Shown in pieces: positions 11,511 through 22,628 of a stretch of 64,000 nucleotides of DNA. A program made the translations under genes and the position numbers. Each line of letters starts with the position of its first letter. Position 1 is the first letter of the stretch. The stretch is from assembly GCA_010356995.1 (NCBI GenBank), contig ML996690.1, positions 265,101 to 329,100 of the forward strand, read 5' to 3'. Below the pieces are notes generated by a model, which saw only the letters and a list, made by a program, of their open reading frames with translations, made no database searches and had not been told where the DNA came from. The stretch is from Trichodelitschia bisporula. Its lineage: Eukaryota.

Positions 11511-14065
11511 GACCGGATAGCCGCACTCAAAGAACCAGAGTTACAGTAGCGCATGGTGTACATATTGCCTTTCCCGATAAGAGTCGCCTTGATGTGCCCG
11601 AGGGGGCGGACAAACAGGCTCCAGGCCGGATTGGCTGCCTTGTTTTCCGGATCACCTTCGCCTTCTCTAGGCTGGTTCCCATCAAGGCTTACAAACACCG
11701 GGTTGATACACAAACCGATGCCTCGCTGGTGTCCAAACCTCTAACGGGATATATAAGCCCGCGGAGTCGCCTGCGATCTAGTTCAACAAGCACTTCCCGC
11801 GAGTTTCCCAGACAACACTTGCAATAGCGACATACGACGTATCGACCTCATCGAAAGCGAGAGAGCCAAAGCCTTGTGCTCTACCAATATCACTGAAAGC
11901 TCAGACCTCCTGTACGTCTATTACTCCTGCAATTGTTCCCTGTCTAATGCTCCGCGGGAACCGCAATGGCCTATAAGGGGACTCCTGTGCTCGTTAGTGG
12001 TGATGCTTGGTTGTGCTGCGAGGAATACTATTGTCAATGTGGCTCTTGTGATATTCTGTCCTGCTGAATGCGGACCATAGTCACAAGCGTTGCGGCGGCG
12101 GCTATGTGAGCCTGGGTTGACCAATTCATGTCTAAGCTCCATTTCATGTGTCCGGTCCTCGATGGCGCCGGACTAGTTAAGAAATCGACCAGATATGACG
12201 TGCCCTGAGTCCTTACTTTGCTCGTGATGTTCGTTCATACTCGAATATATCGGTAGTCCGAAAAACCGGAGGATCAGCAATGCCGTCCTTTGAAAGCCTG
12301 CTTGACACCCAGTTAATGTCCGAGTCATGAAGTTGTGGAGTAGGAGCATTGCTCATCTAGGAAAGGGCACCCTACAGCAATTTTAACCTAAACACGCATT
12401 TAGTCTCGAGCGGCTCATCCGATGCTAGTGTGACATTCATCGTACAATCCTGATTACACCTTCAAGGCCGCTTGGCCATCCCTGAACCAATCTTCCAATC
12501 CACAAGTCCGTCCCTGAACCCATAGCCGCCAGCAAATATACTTATCCGCCACTGAACACAATTTCCCAATCATTCCACCACGTATTGCAAGCCTTTTGAA
12601 TAGAGGAGACGATCAAGGGGAGGATGAGGATATAAGAGAAGGGGTAACTTGTCTTTGGAGGAGATGTGAAGTGTGTTTGGAGGTTGGAGCATCTCGACTT
12701 AAAGGTCTGCTTAGATCTCATTCCTCAAATGTTGGTGTTTAGAGGTTGGTTGGTTCGCCGCTATATGCGGAGCTTCGTCGTTTCTTTTTAGATTTAGGTT
12801 TGCGTATGGATTTATACAATCTCATCGAAAGTGTCATATTTGTCGACGGAGTCATTGACAATTTGACTTCGAAGCTGCAGCGCCATATCAGATGTCGGAG
12901 AGTTTCCTTCGGAGATTCGGACGAGCAGGGTTGAATTGATGTGTTTGGTTTGGAGTAAGAGTTCTGGAGGATGAAGTCACAAAGAGCAAAGCCTCGGGTA
13001 TATGAAGATACTCGTCGTGATTCGAAGGCTTAGTTCAAAGGGTGAGGTTCCAAAACCGGAGCTGCCGCGAACATCGTCTGGATTCCGAGGCTACCACGCT
13101 TCTAAACCGAGTGATATATCGTCCGCCACAGACAGTCACCACAAGAAATGGATTGCCACAATCCAGGGGAGCCGGACAAAGATCATCCTGAACTCCCGAT
13201 TGGGTCCGTCGAGGGAGCGAAGACTGATCAGATATATTCCGCCCGCGTTGGAATGGGGCGGGCGGAGAACATCCGCCATCTAGGTACTGACGTTGCCACG
13301 GTCGAGTACGCAGGTGGATGCAGGGGATTGAGGGATCCCGGCGGGGAGAGTAGAGGGGTTGGTTCTGCTCGGGGGCCGGTTTTCGATACCGCAGGTTTGT
13401 GAGCGGCGAGCGAAGGTCTGTGGATTGGCCGTTTTGGTTGGCAATACGTATGCCGGTCCGGCTTGGGGACCGTCAATTTGTTCTCGGTCCGGTTCGAGGA
13501 CCGGCATAACCCCCGTCTGATATGAGGGTCAGAGGGGAGTGAGTTGTATGCGCAGGAAGCACAGGGTGAGAGTTCCTAACGCTCCAGGGCTGGCAGTTAT
13601 TGATTTGCCGTGAACCTTGTCTGGACGCCTGCAAGCGCGTTGAGATATCGCGCTTGGTTGGCAGCCCAGTCCTTGGTCCGGCCGTCGGAGTCTCTGCCCA
13701 TCTCATTTACAGCGGCGAGGAGAGAAGTAATTGCCATTTCAGGCAGCACCTGCGATTCTCCGGAGAAAACGCCGTAGATGATATCTGGTCTTCGTTAGCA
13801 CATATGCTGGGTCGGGCGTGACGAGCAAACAAGACAAGGGATTTCGCATCAGGTTGTCAGAGATGTATGTCATCAATGAAGTTGCAGACAATGATAGTAT
13901 TCGGAAATCAATCATCATGCGAGGGAATGAGGGAATGAATAGAGGAAGGTACTTACATAGAGTTAGACTGCTCGGAGGCCGCATTGGAGGCCGGTTGCCC
14001 GCATTTGTGCCGGCGTGAAGGGGAGACTTGGGAATGGAGGGTTGAGTTGGATCCCTCCATCCCCA

Positions 14066-14398
14066 GGTCGGCGGCTGAAAGGGAGTTGTCCAACCGCTAG
14101 TAGGAGAGACGATCTTATGGGACTGGTTTTAGCCAGACCCGTACTTATGGCAGGTCCCGAGGCGTGCATATGCTGATATGCACGTCTGGACCGCCTGCCA
14201 GCTTTTGGAGGCAAAGCTGACGTACGGGTCGGCGATTGAAAGGCTGTTGTCCAACCGCCAGTAGGAGACACGATCTCGCGGGTGGTTGAAACCAGACCCG
14301 TACCTATGGCAGGTCCAGAGGCGCATATTTGTTGATATGCGCATCTGAGCCGCCTGTCAGCTTTGGAGACAAGGCTGACGTACGGGTCGGCAATTGAT
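14066..14398. repeat. Two tandem ~160-bp structured repeat units
   Basis: GTTGTCCAACCGC at about 14085 and 14246; both units contain GACCCGTAC...GTACGGGTC inverted repeats and internal hairpins. Confidence 0.9.
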
Positions 14399-14683
14399 AT
14401 ATTCTCCAGTCGGAGAAGGCACGATGCTGTCTGCCGAGTTGGGTCGAGGATCCTTCTTAACCAAAATCCGGAAACACCAGAACTTGTTATTGTGTGCGTG
14501 TTGAACCAGCTGCCAGGCAGATTTTGAAGCCGAGCAGAGGTAGGCACGCCCCGTTCCACCCTCCACAAGTCCTGGTCGATCACCATCAACCAGAACCGGG
14601 GAGGACACTTGCCTCTCGCGAAGTGAGAGAGGGCGCAAAGAAGAGCAAAGGCCGAGCTCCGAATACTGGGTGACGGAGAATCG

Positions 14684-15830
14684 AGAAGATCCAGCGTTGT
14701 CGAAGCAGTACTTCTAAAGAGGGAAACCGGAACATGTCGTGGGCTTGACGCTGGTCCAGGTTCCTCCACATCCTCATCTTCTATGCCAGCGGGTCCACCA
14801 ACCCACCGACACCAAGGAGAATAAAACAGACACCCAAATGTTGCAGGCGTTCATAATTCTCAGATCGGCCATGAGAACAGTTGAAGGCGGCAATGTGCAC
14901 GAGCTCCCCACCACCAGAGCGCTCATGCTGCCATGGTACCAAGTAGAAGACTAAGTACCAACCCAATTTCTTGAGGACTGGAAACGGGCAAAACGGTGCG
15001 CAGTTGTTGTATACCGGAGATGTCCCATCGTAAACTGATTGCAGGACAGAATGCGGCTGTCCTCGGGAGAGTGAAGACAACGACGGCTTGACCGGGAAGG
15101 CTCGAAGACTAGAGTGCTCCGATCGCCGAACATCGGATAGTAGAAGAGATCGGCGTTGTCGAAGCAGTAAGGAGTGAAACCGGGAAGACGTCGCGGGCTT
15201 GAAGTTCGTCCAGTTTCCTCCACTTCCTCCATCCGCATGCCAGAAGATCCACCAATCAGCTGACACTAAGGAAGACTCGATAGACACGTAAATTCTGTAG
15301 GCATCCACCAATCCTAGTTCTAGATCGACCATGAGACCAGTCGAAAACAGCAATATGCAAGAGCTTCCCCCACCACAAGAAAGCTCATGCGGCCAGGGTA
15401 CCAGAGCGGAAGACTCAGTACCAGCCCGATCCTGGAGACCGGAAACGGGCGAAACGGTGCGCGATTGTGGTACACCGGAGATGTCCCATCGAAAGCTGAT
15501 TTCAAGACGGGGCGTCGCAGTCCTTGGGAGACGAAGACGGCGAGAGCATGCTAGCGGGTCCAGCCCGTTAACACCAAGGAGGACAAAATGAGCGCGTAAT
15601 TGTTGTAGGCGTCCATAAATGTCAGATCGACAGTGAAGATAGTCGAAGGCAGTAATATGCAAGAGCTCCCCCACCACAAGAAAGCTCATGCTGCCAGAGT
15701 ACCAAGCGTAGGACTCAGTACTAGCCCGATCACTGAAGACTTGAAACGGGCCGAAGCGATGCGCAGTTGTTGTTGCACCTAAGTTGCCCCATCGAAAGCT
15801 GATTGTAAGACGGGAGTTCGCGGTCGTCGG
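14684..15830. repeat. Degenerate tandem triplication (periods ~460 and ~300 bp)
   Basis: Homologous blocks AGATCG...GAGCT...GCTCATGC...GTACC...GAAACGGGC...CCCATCG start at about 14862, 15322 and 15624; upstream block 14684-14830 matches 15142-15287. Confidence 0.9.
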
Positions 15831-15909
15831 GAGAACAATGACGGCGAGAGTTTGGTCGAGAAACTTCGAAGGAGGATCAGAAGAATCGACGACGATGCTC
15901 GAGCAATCG

Positions 15910-16320
15910 GCTCGCAGCTCAGGCAAGTGACATGTTAACACTTACCTGGCCGGAGTGACGAGCAGGAATCCTGTACCGTGTGGACGTGACCACCATAGTC
16001 CACACACAGTGCTCATTTCGGAGACAGAGAGCTGAAGTGCCGTTTGCTAAGGGCAGAGGAGGGCGCGGTTTCTACAGTGTCGAGCAATCCCGTTGAAGAA
16101 GAGGCTCGATCCATGAACTCGTAGCTCAGGCAAGTGACATGTTAACACTTTCCCGGCAGGAGGCAGCAAGGGTCCTGTACAGTACGAGCATGACCACCAT
16201 AGTCCGCACACAGGGCAGCTGATCTCGGTGACAGAGCAGTGAGCCGAAGCGCAATCCATTGAAGTTGGAGGAGGGCGCGGCTTCCGAACAGTGTCAAACG
16301 ACCACCATTAAGAACACATC
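15910..16320. repeat. Two tandem ~207-bp degenerate units
   Basis: AGCTCAGGCAAGTGACATGTTAACACTT at about 15917 and 16123; GACCACCATAGTCC and GGAGGGCGCGG also occur twice. Confidence 0.9.
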
Positions 16321-16615
16321 GGGAGGATTGATCTGAAGGATTGGAGGCGCAGATAGCCAGCGGAATGGTCAGGTAAGATCGAGACGGCCACAGCAAGACA
16401 CCTGAAATGCTAGTTAGTAACTGTTAACTGTAATGGGAGAGGAGGTGAGAATACGTACCACGTGGGTGCTCGTAAGAACAAGAAAAGAATGAGATCAATA
16501 TCAAAACAGGGTCTCAACCGGCCTATCCCTTAAAGTACGACGACGCAGACGCACCATCCCACGTGGCATCTTCGGCAGACATGCACACTCAAGCCATCGT
16601 AGAATTGATGAGGCT

Positions 16616-18595
16616 TTAGGAGGACTCTGACGAGGATTCCGACGAGGAGTCTGACGAGGATTCTGACGAGGAGTCTGACGAGGATTCCGACGAGGAGTCT
16701 GACGAGGAGTCTGCCGGGGAGCCTGACGAGGAGTCCGACGGGGAGCCCTGCACATTTGAGTCTGTATTCTCAGCCTCCTCCCTCTCCAGTCCCCACTCGT
16801 GCAGGAACTGGAAGAGGCGAGCCATCTCAGCCTCCCGCGCCGCCCGTTCAGCCTCCTGCGCCAATCACTCAGCCTCCGCCGCTTCCCAAGCTAGCCGCCT
16901 CTCCACGTCATTGTAGGCAAACGCGTCGGGAAGGCCCAGCCGCCGAACGTCAGCCAGGACGTCGGGGGGTGGGGTTGACTCGGGCTCTTCGTCCTCATCC
17001 TCGTGGTCGTCGATATAGACGGGTTGTGGCAATGGCGGGAAGTACCCGACGCTTCCCTGCCCATGGTTGTATGAGTACCCCTGGTACCTGGCGTGATCCA
17101 TCCGGTTTTGGAAGGTGTAGGGCTGATCAAAGATCAGTTCGCTCGGCCGAACGTCCTCTGGAGTCCCGGGGATGGCGTCGCTGTCGTGGAAGTGCGCCCC
17201 GTCCATCTCCGTGAAGGTCTCCCAGTCGAGAGTGTCCTCCTCAGACGGATAGCCTGGGTAGGTTGGGGAGACGAATGGAGAAGAGTCCTCCTCGGAGGGA
17301 TAGTCCGGGTAGGTTGGGGAGACGGATCCAGGAGAGTCCTCCTCGGAGGGATAGTCGGGGTAGGTGGGCGAGCCAAATTGAGGCGGCGACGACGGCTCTT
17401 CCTTGATCTCCGGTGACGACGGCTCTGGCGATGACGAGTGCTTCGACGAGTACTCCGGGTACGTCGGGGACCCAAACGGCGGCGGCGACTCCCCTTCTTG
17501 TTTGATCTCAACATGATCTTGGGTGGCGTCGGGATTCTCCTCTTCCTCAGCCATGAAGGCCTCCAAAGTGTCACGAAGGTTGTTCAGAGGGACGCCCTGG
17601 TGCGGCGAGCCCGACCACCGAGGCGTGGACTCCCTGATGCCTAAACTTTCCTCCGGGACAAACCGCACACGCTTGGAGGGAGCTTCGCCAACAGCGGCGA
17701 ACGGATCCGCAGCTCGCTTCCGCGTCGAAGACACCGCAGCAGGCCCCGCAGACGACCCTTCCGCACTGGCCGGGCTCTGGTGCTCCGTGCCAACAACTTC
17801 AACGTTAAACGCAGCCATATCAGGCGTGTGCGGCATCCCCCAATGAGAGGGAGAGTGGATTCTCGCGTGCTTGCGAGCAGGAGCGGCACTGGTAGCATCA
17901 CCTTGAACAGCGACACACTTGCGCTTCCGAGAAGCAGGCAGAGGCGCGACGCGTTGATGCTCAGCCACCCGCTGCCGCAGCGCTTGAGAGCGCGCACGAC
18001 GGCATGGTGAATCCAACTCGGGGCATTCCCAAGATGGCGCCTTTTTGGCTTTGATCCGAAGCCATGCCTTCGGAGCCGGCGACTGTGCCGGTGTCGGAAC
18101 CGGTGACGGAACCGGGGGCAGAACTGGCGATGGAGCATCTCCCCTAATACGACGCGATTGTCTTACCCTGTGTACTAGAAACATCAGCAAAGGCCCAAAC
18201 CATAAGAAGCTCAACTTACCAGGTGCAGCGGTCAGGGGCGCTTGTGGCAAGCCGGTGGTCGTCTGCAAGGCCACGCTGAAAGCACTACCTGCGACCACGG
18301 TGGGCTGCGTACTCGCATGCTCATTCTTGGGAACACTGGCCTTTGGTATCGCCCTTGCCTCCATCTTCGGTTGGGCTTTATCAGCCACGACCGTCAACTT
18401 CCTGGTGGGTTTAACCGCAGAGCCAGTCGTCTTCGCTCGCTTAACTACCTTGGAGGGCTCGAACCTCGCAAGGCGTTCGCTGGGCAGCCGCCCGCCAGTG
18501 GGCGAAGGGACGCCCGGGTCCGCAACGCCGCTCGCGATAGCGTGCGCCGGGGCCTGCGCGGCAATGCGCGCCTGAAGCCGAGTGACTGGAGCCAT
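16616..18595 (-). CDS. Orphan low-complexity (Pro/Ser/Glu-rich) protein with an in-frame TGA at 16865-16867; possibly a truncated allele or pseudogene
   Basis: ATG at 18595 (MAPVTRLQARIAA); 45-nt intron 18219-18175 (GTAAGT..GCTGAT..TAG); TATA-like elements near 18880 and 18940 on the minus strand. The frame continues past the stop for 82 codons. Confidence 0.6.
16620..16746. repeat. 12-bp minisatellite (GACGAGGA(G/T)TC(C/T))n encoding SSS(D/E) on the minus strand
   Basis: About 10 units read directly. Confidence 0.9.
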
Positions 18596-19528
18596 CTCGA
18601 CGAGGGTGGTGGGTAGTGGGTGGTGGGTGATGGGAATGGTGGCTTGCTGAAATCGATTGCTGAAAAGCAAGATAAAGACAACAAGTGGTGATCGCGAACT
18701 GAAGAGAAAGAGAAAAGGTTGTGGGGAGTTGGAGGACTGAGTACTTAACCCCCCCAGCGGTGAGCGGCGGCTTGGCATTGAGTGAATGGTTTATTGTCGG
18801 GGAACGTTGGTAAGAACTTTTGGTAGACATTTTAGAAAGATGCGCCTTGGGGTTCTGCCGGAGCGGCTGGCGTTGTCGTTATATATCAGTTGAGACGGTA
18901 TAAACTTGCGAGGCTGTCGTCTCAGCCTGGCCAAGACTTTATATATCCGAGCACTGGCCAACATCAGACAGGTACCTCGAACTTCCAGGCCGCCAAACAC
19001 TTACCAGCCTTTCCTTCAGCTTTCGGGGAGTATATGAGCTACATTAATGGTGAACAGGACATGAGAGCCATTATAACCCACTCGAAAGGTTTGCCATGAA
19101 TTGGCCTTGGTTTGCGGAGGCTTGCTCTGGGAACGTTGTACCTCGTACCAAAGCATTGACGATCGGACTTTTCACTATTGGAAATGGCCAGAAATCTCGC
19201 ACGCAATGGGCAAAGGAGCAGCATCCGTGATTGCTGCTGGATGGAGGATCTGATTAAAGGTATTAGCAAAACACACCAACGGGTCAGGGCTTATCTTGCC
19301 AACCGTCTCATGGGAAGCTCAGGTCGCCGTCGAGCAACAGCTACGCAAATCACAAATCCACAAAGCATGTCATCAATCACAAATCACCGAAAACACAAAC
19401 TTTCGACCACACCACATTGCATCGGAAGAGCTGTTTTGCAGATCCATGCTATCTGATATGAACATCGAAAACGCCCTCAGGCCATGCCCATAGACCCATA
19501 TCAAAAGCTAGAACTCCAGCAACCCATC

Positions 19529-20422
19529 CTAGTACCGCTTGCCCTCACGCAGCACGTCACCATACTCCTCGAGCGGGCTCCGCACAAGCTTCGTCTCCTT
19601 CCACAGGTTGGGGGTAAGGAAGCCGTAAGTGTTGGAGACGGCCTGGAAAGTAGCCTTGAGTGTGTTCTCGAGCGTCTTGGTGGAGCCGGACGAGGCGGTG
19701 TAGGCGTCCTGCACACCAGCCAGCTGCAAGAGACGCTTGACAGCAGGGGAGGCGACAAGACCGGTACCGCGGGGAGCAGGGATAAGCTAAAAACGTAAGC
19801 AATACCCATAACGCACACACGCTTCACGTACCCGAACAGTGACACTGCCACACTTGCCGCTCTCCTTGGTAGGCAGAGAGTGCGGCTCACCGAGGTTGGT
19901 GCCCCAGTAGCCTCTCCGAATCGGCACAACGCTGAGCTTGGCGATGATGATAGCGGCGCGGATAGCGGTCGCGACTTCCTTGGAGGTCTTGATGCCGAGA
20001 CCAATGTGACCCTCAGAGTCACCAATGACCACGATGGCCTTGAAGCGCGTGCGCTGACCGGCGCGGGTCTGCTTCTGAACGGGCTTGATCTGTTGCGGGT
20101 GTGAGCGGCGCCCTCTGCGTTACACGACCATGCGCACCTTCATAACCTCATCCTTGAGCTTCGGCAGGAAGAAGTCGACAATCTGGTACTCCTTGATGGG
20201 CAGGGAGTGCAGGTAGATCTCCTCCATGGACCGGATCTTGCCCGCCTTGACGAGACGGCCCAGCTTGGTCACCGGCTGCCACTCCTTCTCCTCGTTCTTG
20301 TTGCCGCCGCGACGACCACGACCGCGACCACGACCGCGACCACGGTCACCACCGGCACCACGGTCGCCACGGGCACCGAAGCCACCACCACCACGGGCTG
20401 CAGGAGCGGGAGCGTCAGGCAT
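19529..20422 (-). CDS. RPS2: 40S ribosomal protein S2 (uS5); 2 coding introns plus a probable 5'-UTR intron
   Basis: RG-rich N-terminus, [60 protein letters not shown]-like C-terminus. Introns at about 20136-20091 and 19830-19787. Confidence 0.98.
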
Positions 20423-20896
20423 TTTCAAGGATGTAAAATCTATAGAATTCAATTAGCAAGGTGTTCGGGTCCTGAAGATTTACGTCGTCATGGAAATCCT
20501 CGCAGCGCAGGGTGGCATACCGGAGAGGGCGTTTTGTGGTGGGAGTTGTCGACGCGGTGGGTTGATTTGGAGGTTGAAAGTGGGATCTCGCTTAGGTGGG
20601 GAACAATTTCGTGCCAAGGCGCCTTACCAATATTGGAATCGCACCTGGGGTGTCCTGCCAAGCATTTCTTCCACTTCAGATGGGTTGCAGCGCGTCCCAA
20701 TATGCACCTTGTCACGGTCACGTAGGATGTTGTAACGGAGCAATGATGATATTGCTAGCTGCTAGCTGATGGCTGATCTGAAGCTTTTCACAGCAACTCT
20801 GAAGTCTGCATACAAAACGCCTCACGAATTGGACTGCCCTGTCCTCACCATCGTCCTTGCCTCAGCGTGATTGCAGAATCTCTTCCTCACTTCAAC

Positions 20897-21597
20897 ATGG
20901 ACGACGTCGATCCAGACGAGCTCCGGACGCTCGATCAGATCCGGCAGCACCTCTTGAATCTCTCTTTATCCATGCAATCGCTCCAAAAGGACCTTGTCGC
21001 GCAAGAAGACCCGCGCTACAACCCGCTTCCTTCGAAGTAAGCACCCATGGCTCCGCGATAAATCAGCCTCAAGCGTGCTAAGTGATATTCTATAGACAGT
21101 ATCTAGTCTCCGCCGAAAAGGCCGTCAAAGGCCACCTCGAGTCGCTCCACAGGCTCCTCAGTGAGAACGCCCAATTCCTGCGCGAGGCTCACGTGTACCC
21201 GACAGCCCAATTCCCCTGGAACCAGGAACATCTCGCCACTATGCTACTCCGGAAGCGCCTCGATCCAGGCGTCGAAACGTGGCTCGCGCAGGGCCGAGAA
21301 GCTACCGAAGCACTCAGCGCCGATTCCCAGCCCGATGCGATGGACTACGATGGTCCGGCGAAGCGACAGCAGTTCGACCCCGCGTACTGGCAGGACTTGT
21401 GGGACTTCGCGGCACCGGAGACGCATCAAGCCATCCAAAACACATTCGCCGACGTGGAAGGAAATCAGAGTCAACCGAGCCAGACGAGGAGGCCTCCGCC
21501 TCCCGCACCTGAAGTCAAGGAGCTTCCCCTGGACGACGTTCTAAGGGTTTTGGCGGTAGGCATCACGCCTGTTGTACAGGGTCCTTTTGCTAGGTAA
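20897..21597 (+). CDS. MED8: Mediator of RNA polymerase II transcription subunit 8 (1 intron, ~21037-21094)
   Basis: MDDVDPDELRTLDQIRQHL..., then AHVYPTAQFP...LLRKRLDPGVETW, the Med8 YP..FP...LLRK(K/R)L(E/D)P.VE.W motif. Confidence 0.85.
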
Positions 21598-21719
21598 CTC
21601 ATGATAATGGCATACCCCGGTTGTTCAGGCGCGGTTCACTTGTACATGACGTGAAGTATGCACACTATTCAAAGGCCAGATTACAATTACGGTATCAACG
21701 TGTTCAAAAACTAAACGCC

Positions 21720-22628
21720 TCAGGCGCGGCGCCGCGTACTCGGGCTCCGGCCTTTCGGCTGCGCACCCGAGCTTACAGCGACAGGTTCTCCCTTTGCGCC
21801 TTGAATCTTGATGGCCGGCGCCTTCTGTTTGGCGGCCGGCGCATTCCAGTAGTATACCATCTGAGCCGCGAGGACAGCGTTGAGCGTGAAGCCAGCAATG
21901 AACCCGTAGAGGATGAGCGGGTCGTTAACCTCCTGCAGCGTGGTGAAGATGCGCGAAAGCGAGCCGGCAAGGTAGTTGAACACCTGGCCACATCAGCATT
22001 TGCACCAACTTGAGTGTTATGTACTTACAGCGAACGCGCTCAGCTGCCCCGTACCACCCTGCTGCCAGATGGTGAGAATCTGCGGCAGCTTGCTCGCAAC
22101 GCCAAGCACGCCCGCGCCTGCCTGGAGCAGCGCGAGCGTTTTCGCGTCAACGATGTTCTCGGAAAACATGGCGTACACGGCACCTCCCAGACCCGCGACA
22201 AAGGCGGCCGCACCGGCACCCTTGCCGCTGTAGTGCAGCACCAGGCTCGCGATGGCCACATTCTGCGCGGCGATCAAGGCGCTCTCGCCGTACGTGCTGA
22301 AGGGGTTGCCCTGACGAGCATTGTAGGCGAGCGTGATGAGGAAGGCGCTCGTTTCCAGCAAGTAGGACAGGAAGGACACGCCGGCGGCGGATTGCGAGTT
22401 GATCAACTTGAGGAGCTGGGGGACCTTGACGATGCTGGACGCGCCGATGATGCCGATGCCTAGTGCCTTGCTGACAGCGAGCTTGAGGCAGTCGGGGTGC
22501 GCGACGGGGTCGATGTCGAGGATGAGGTTCTTGTAGCACTGAGTGCCCAGGAGGTTCACCCCGATATCCCTGATGGGAGCGGGAAGGTTGGCGGTGACTG
22601 GCTGGAGAGCGCTGCGAAGGGAATCCAT
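21720..22628 (-). CDS. MPDU1: Mannose-P-dolichol utilization defect 1 protein (PQ-loop family), 1 intron
   Basis: CLKLAVSKALGIGII..SSIVKVPQLLKL, PFSTYGE, SKLPQI, TGQLSAFAV|FNYLAGSLSRIFTTLQEV. Confidence 0.93.

Noticed and set aside
15936..15950. ACTTACCTGG resembling the U1 snRNA 5' end
   Set aside because: It is the reverse complement of a consensus splice donor (CCAG|GTAAGT); no U1 stem-loops or Sm site follow.
14946..16206. GACTAA and ATAGTCC resembling group I intron R and S (P7) elements
   Set aside because: They are more than 1 kb apart in different repeat families, GACTA is not kept in the other copies (GACTC), and no P/Q elements were found.
16620..16746. Regular short repeats as a CRISPR array; CTGACGA as hammerhead cores
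   Set aside because: Head-to-tail 12-mers with no spacers in a eukaryotic coding frame; no stem II or GAAA follows.
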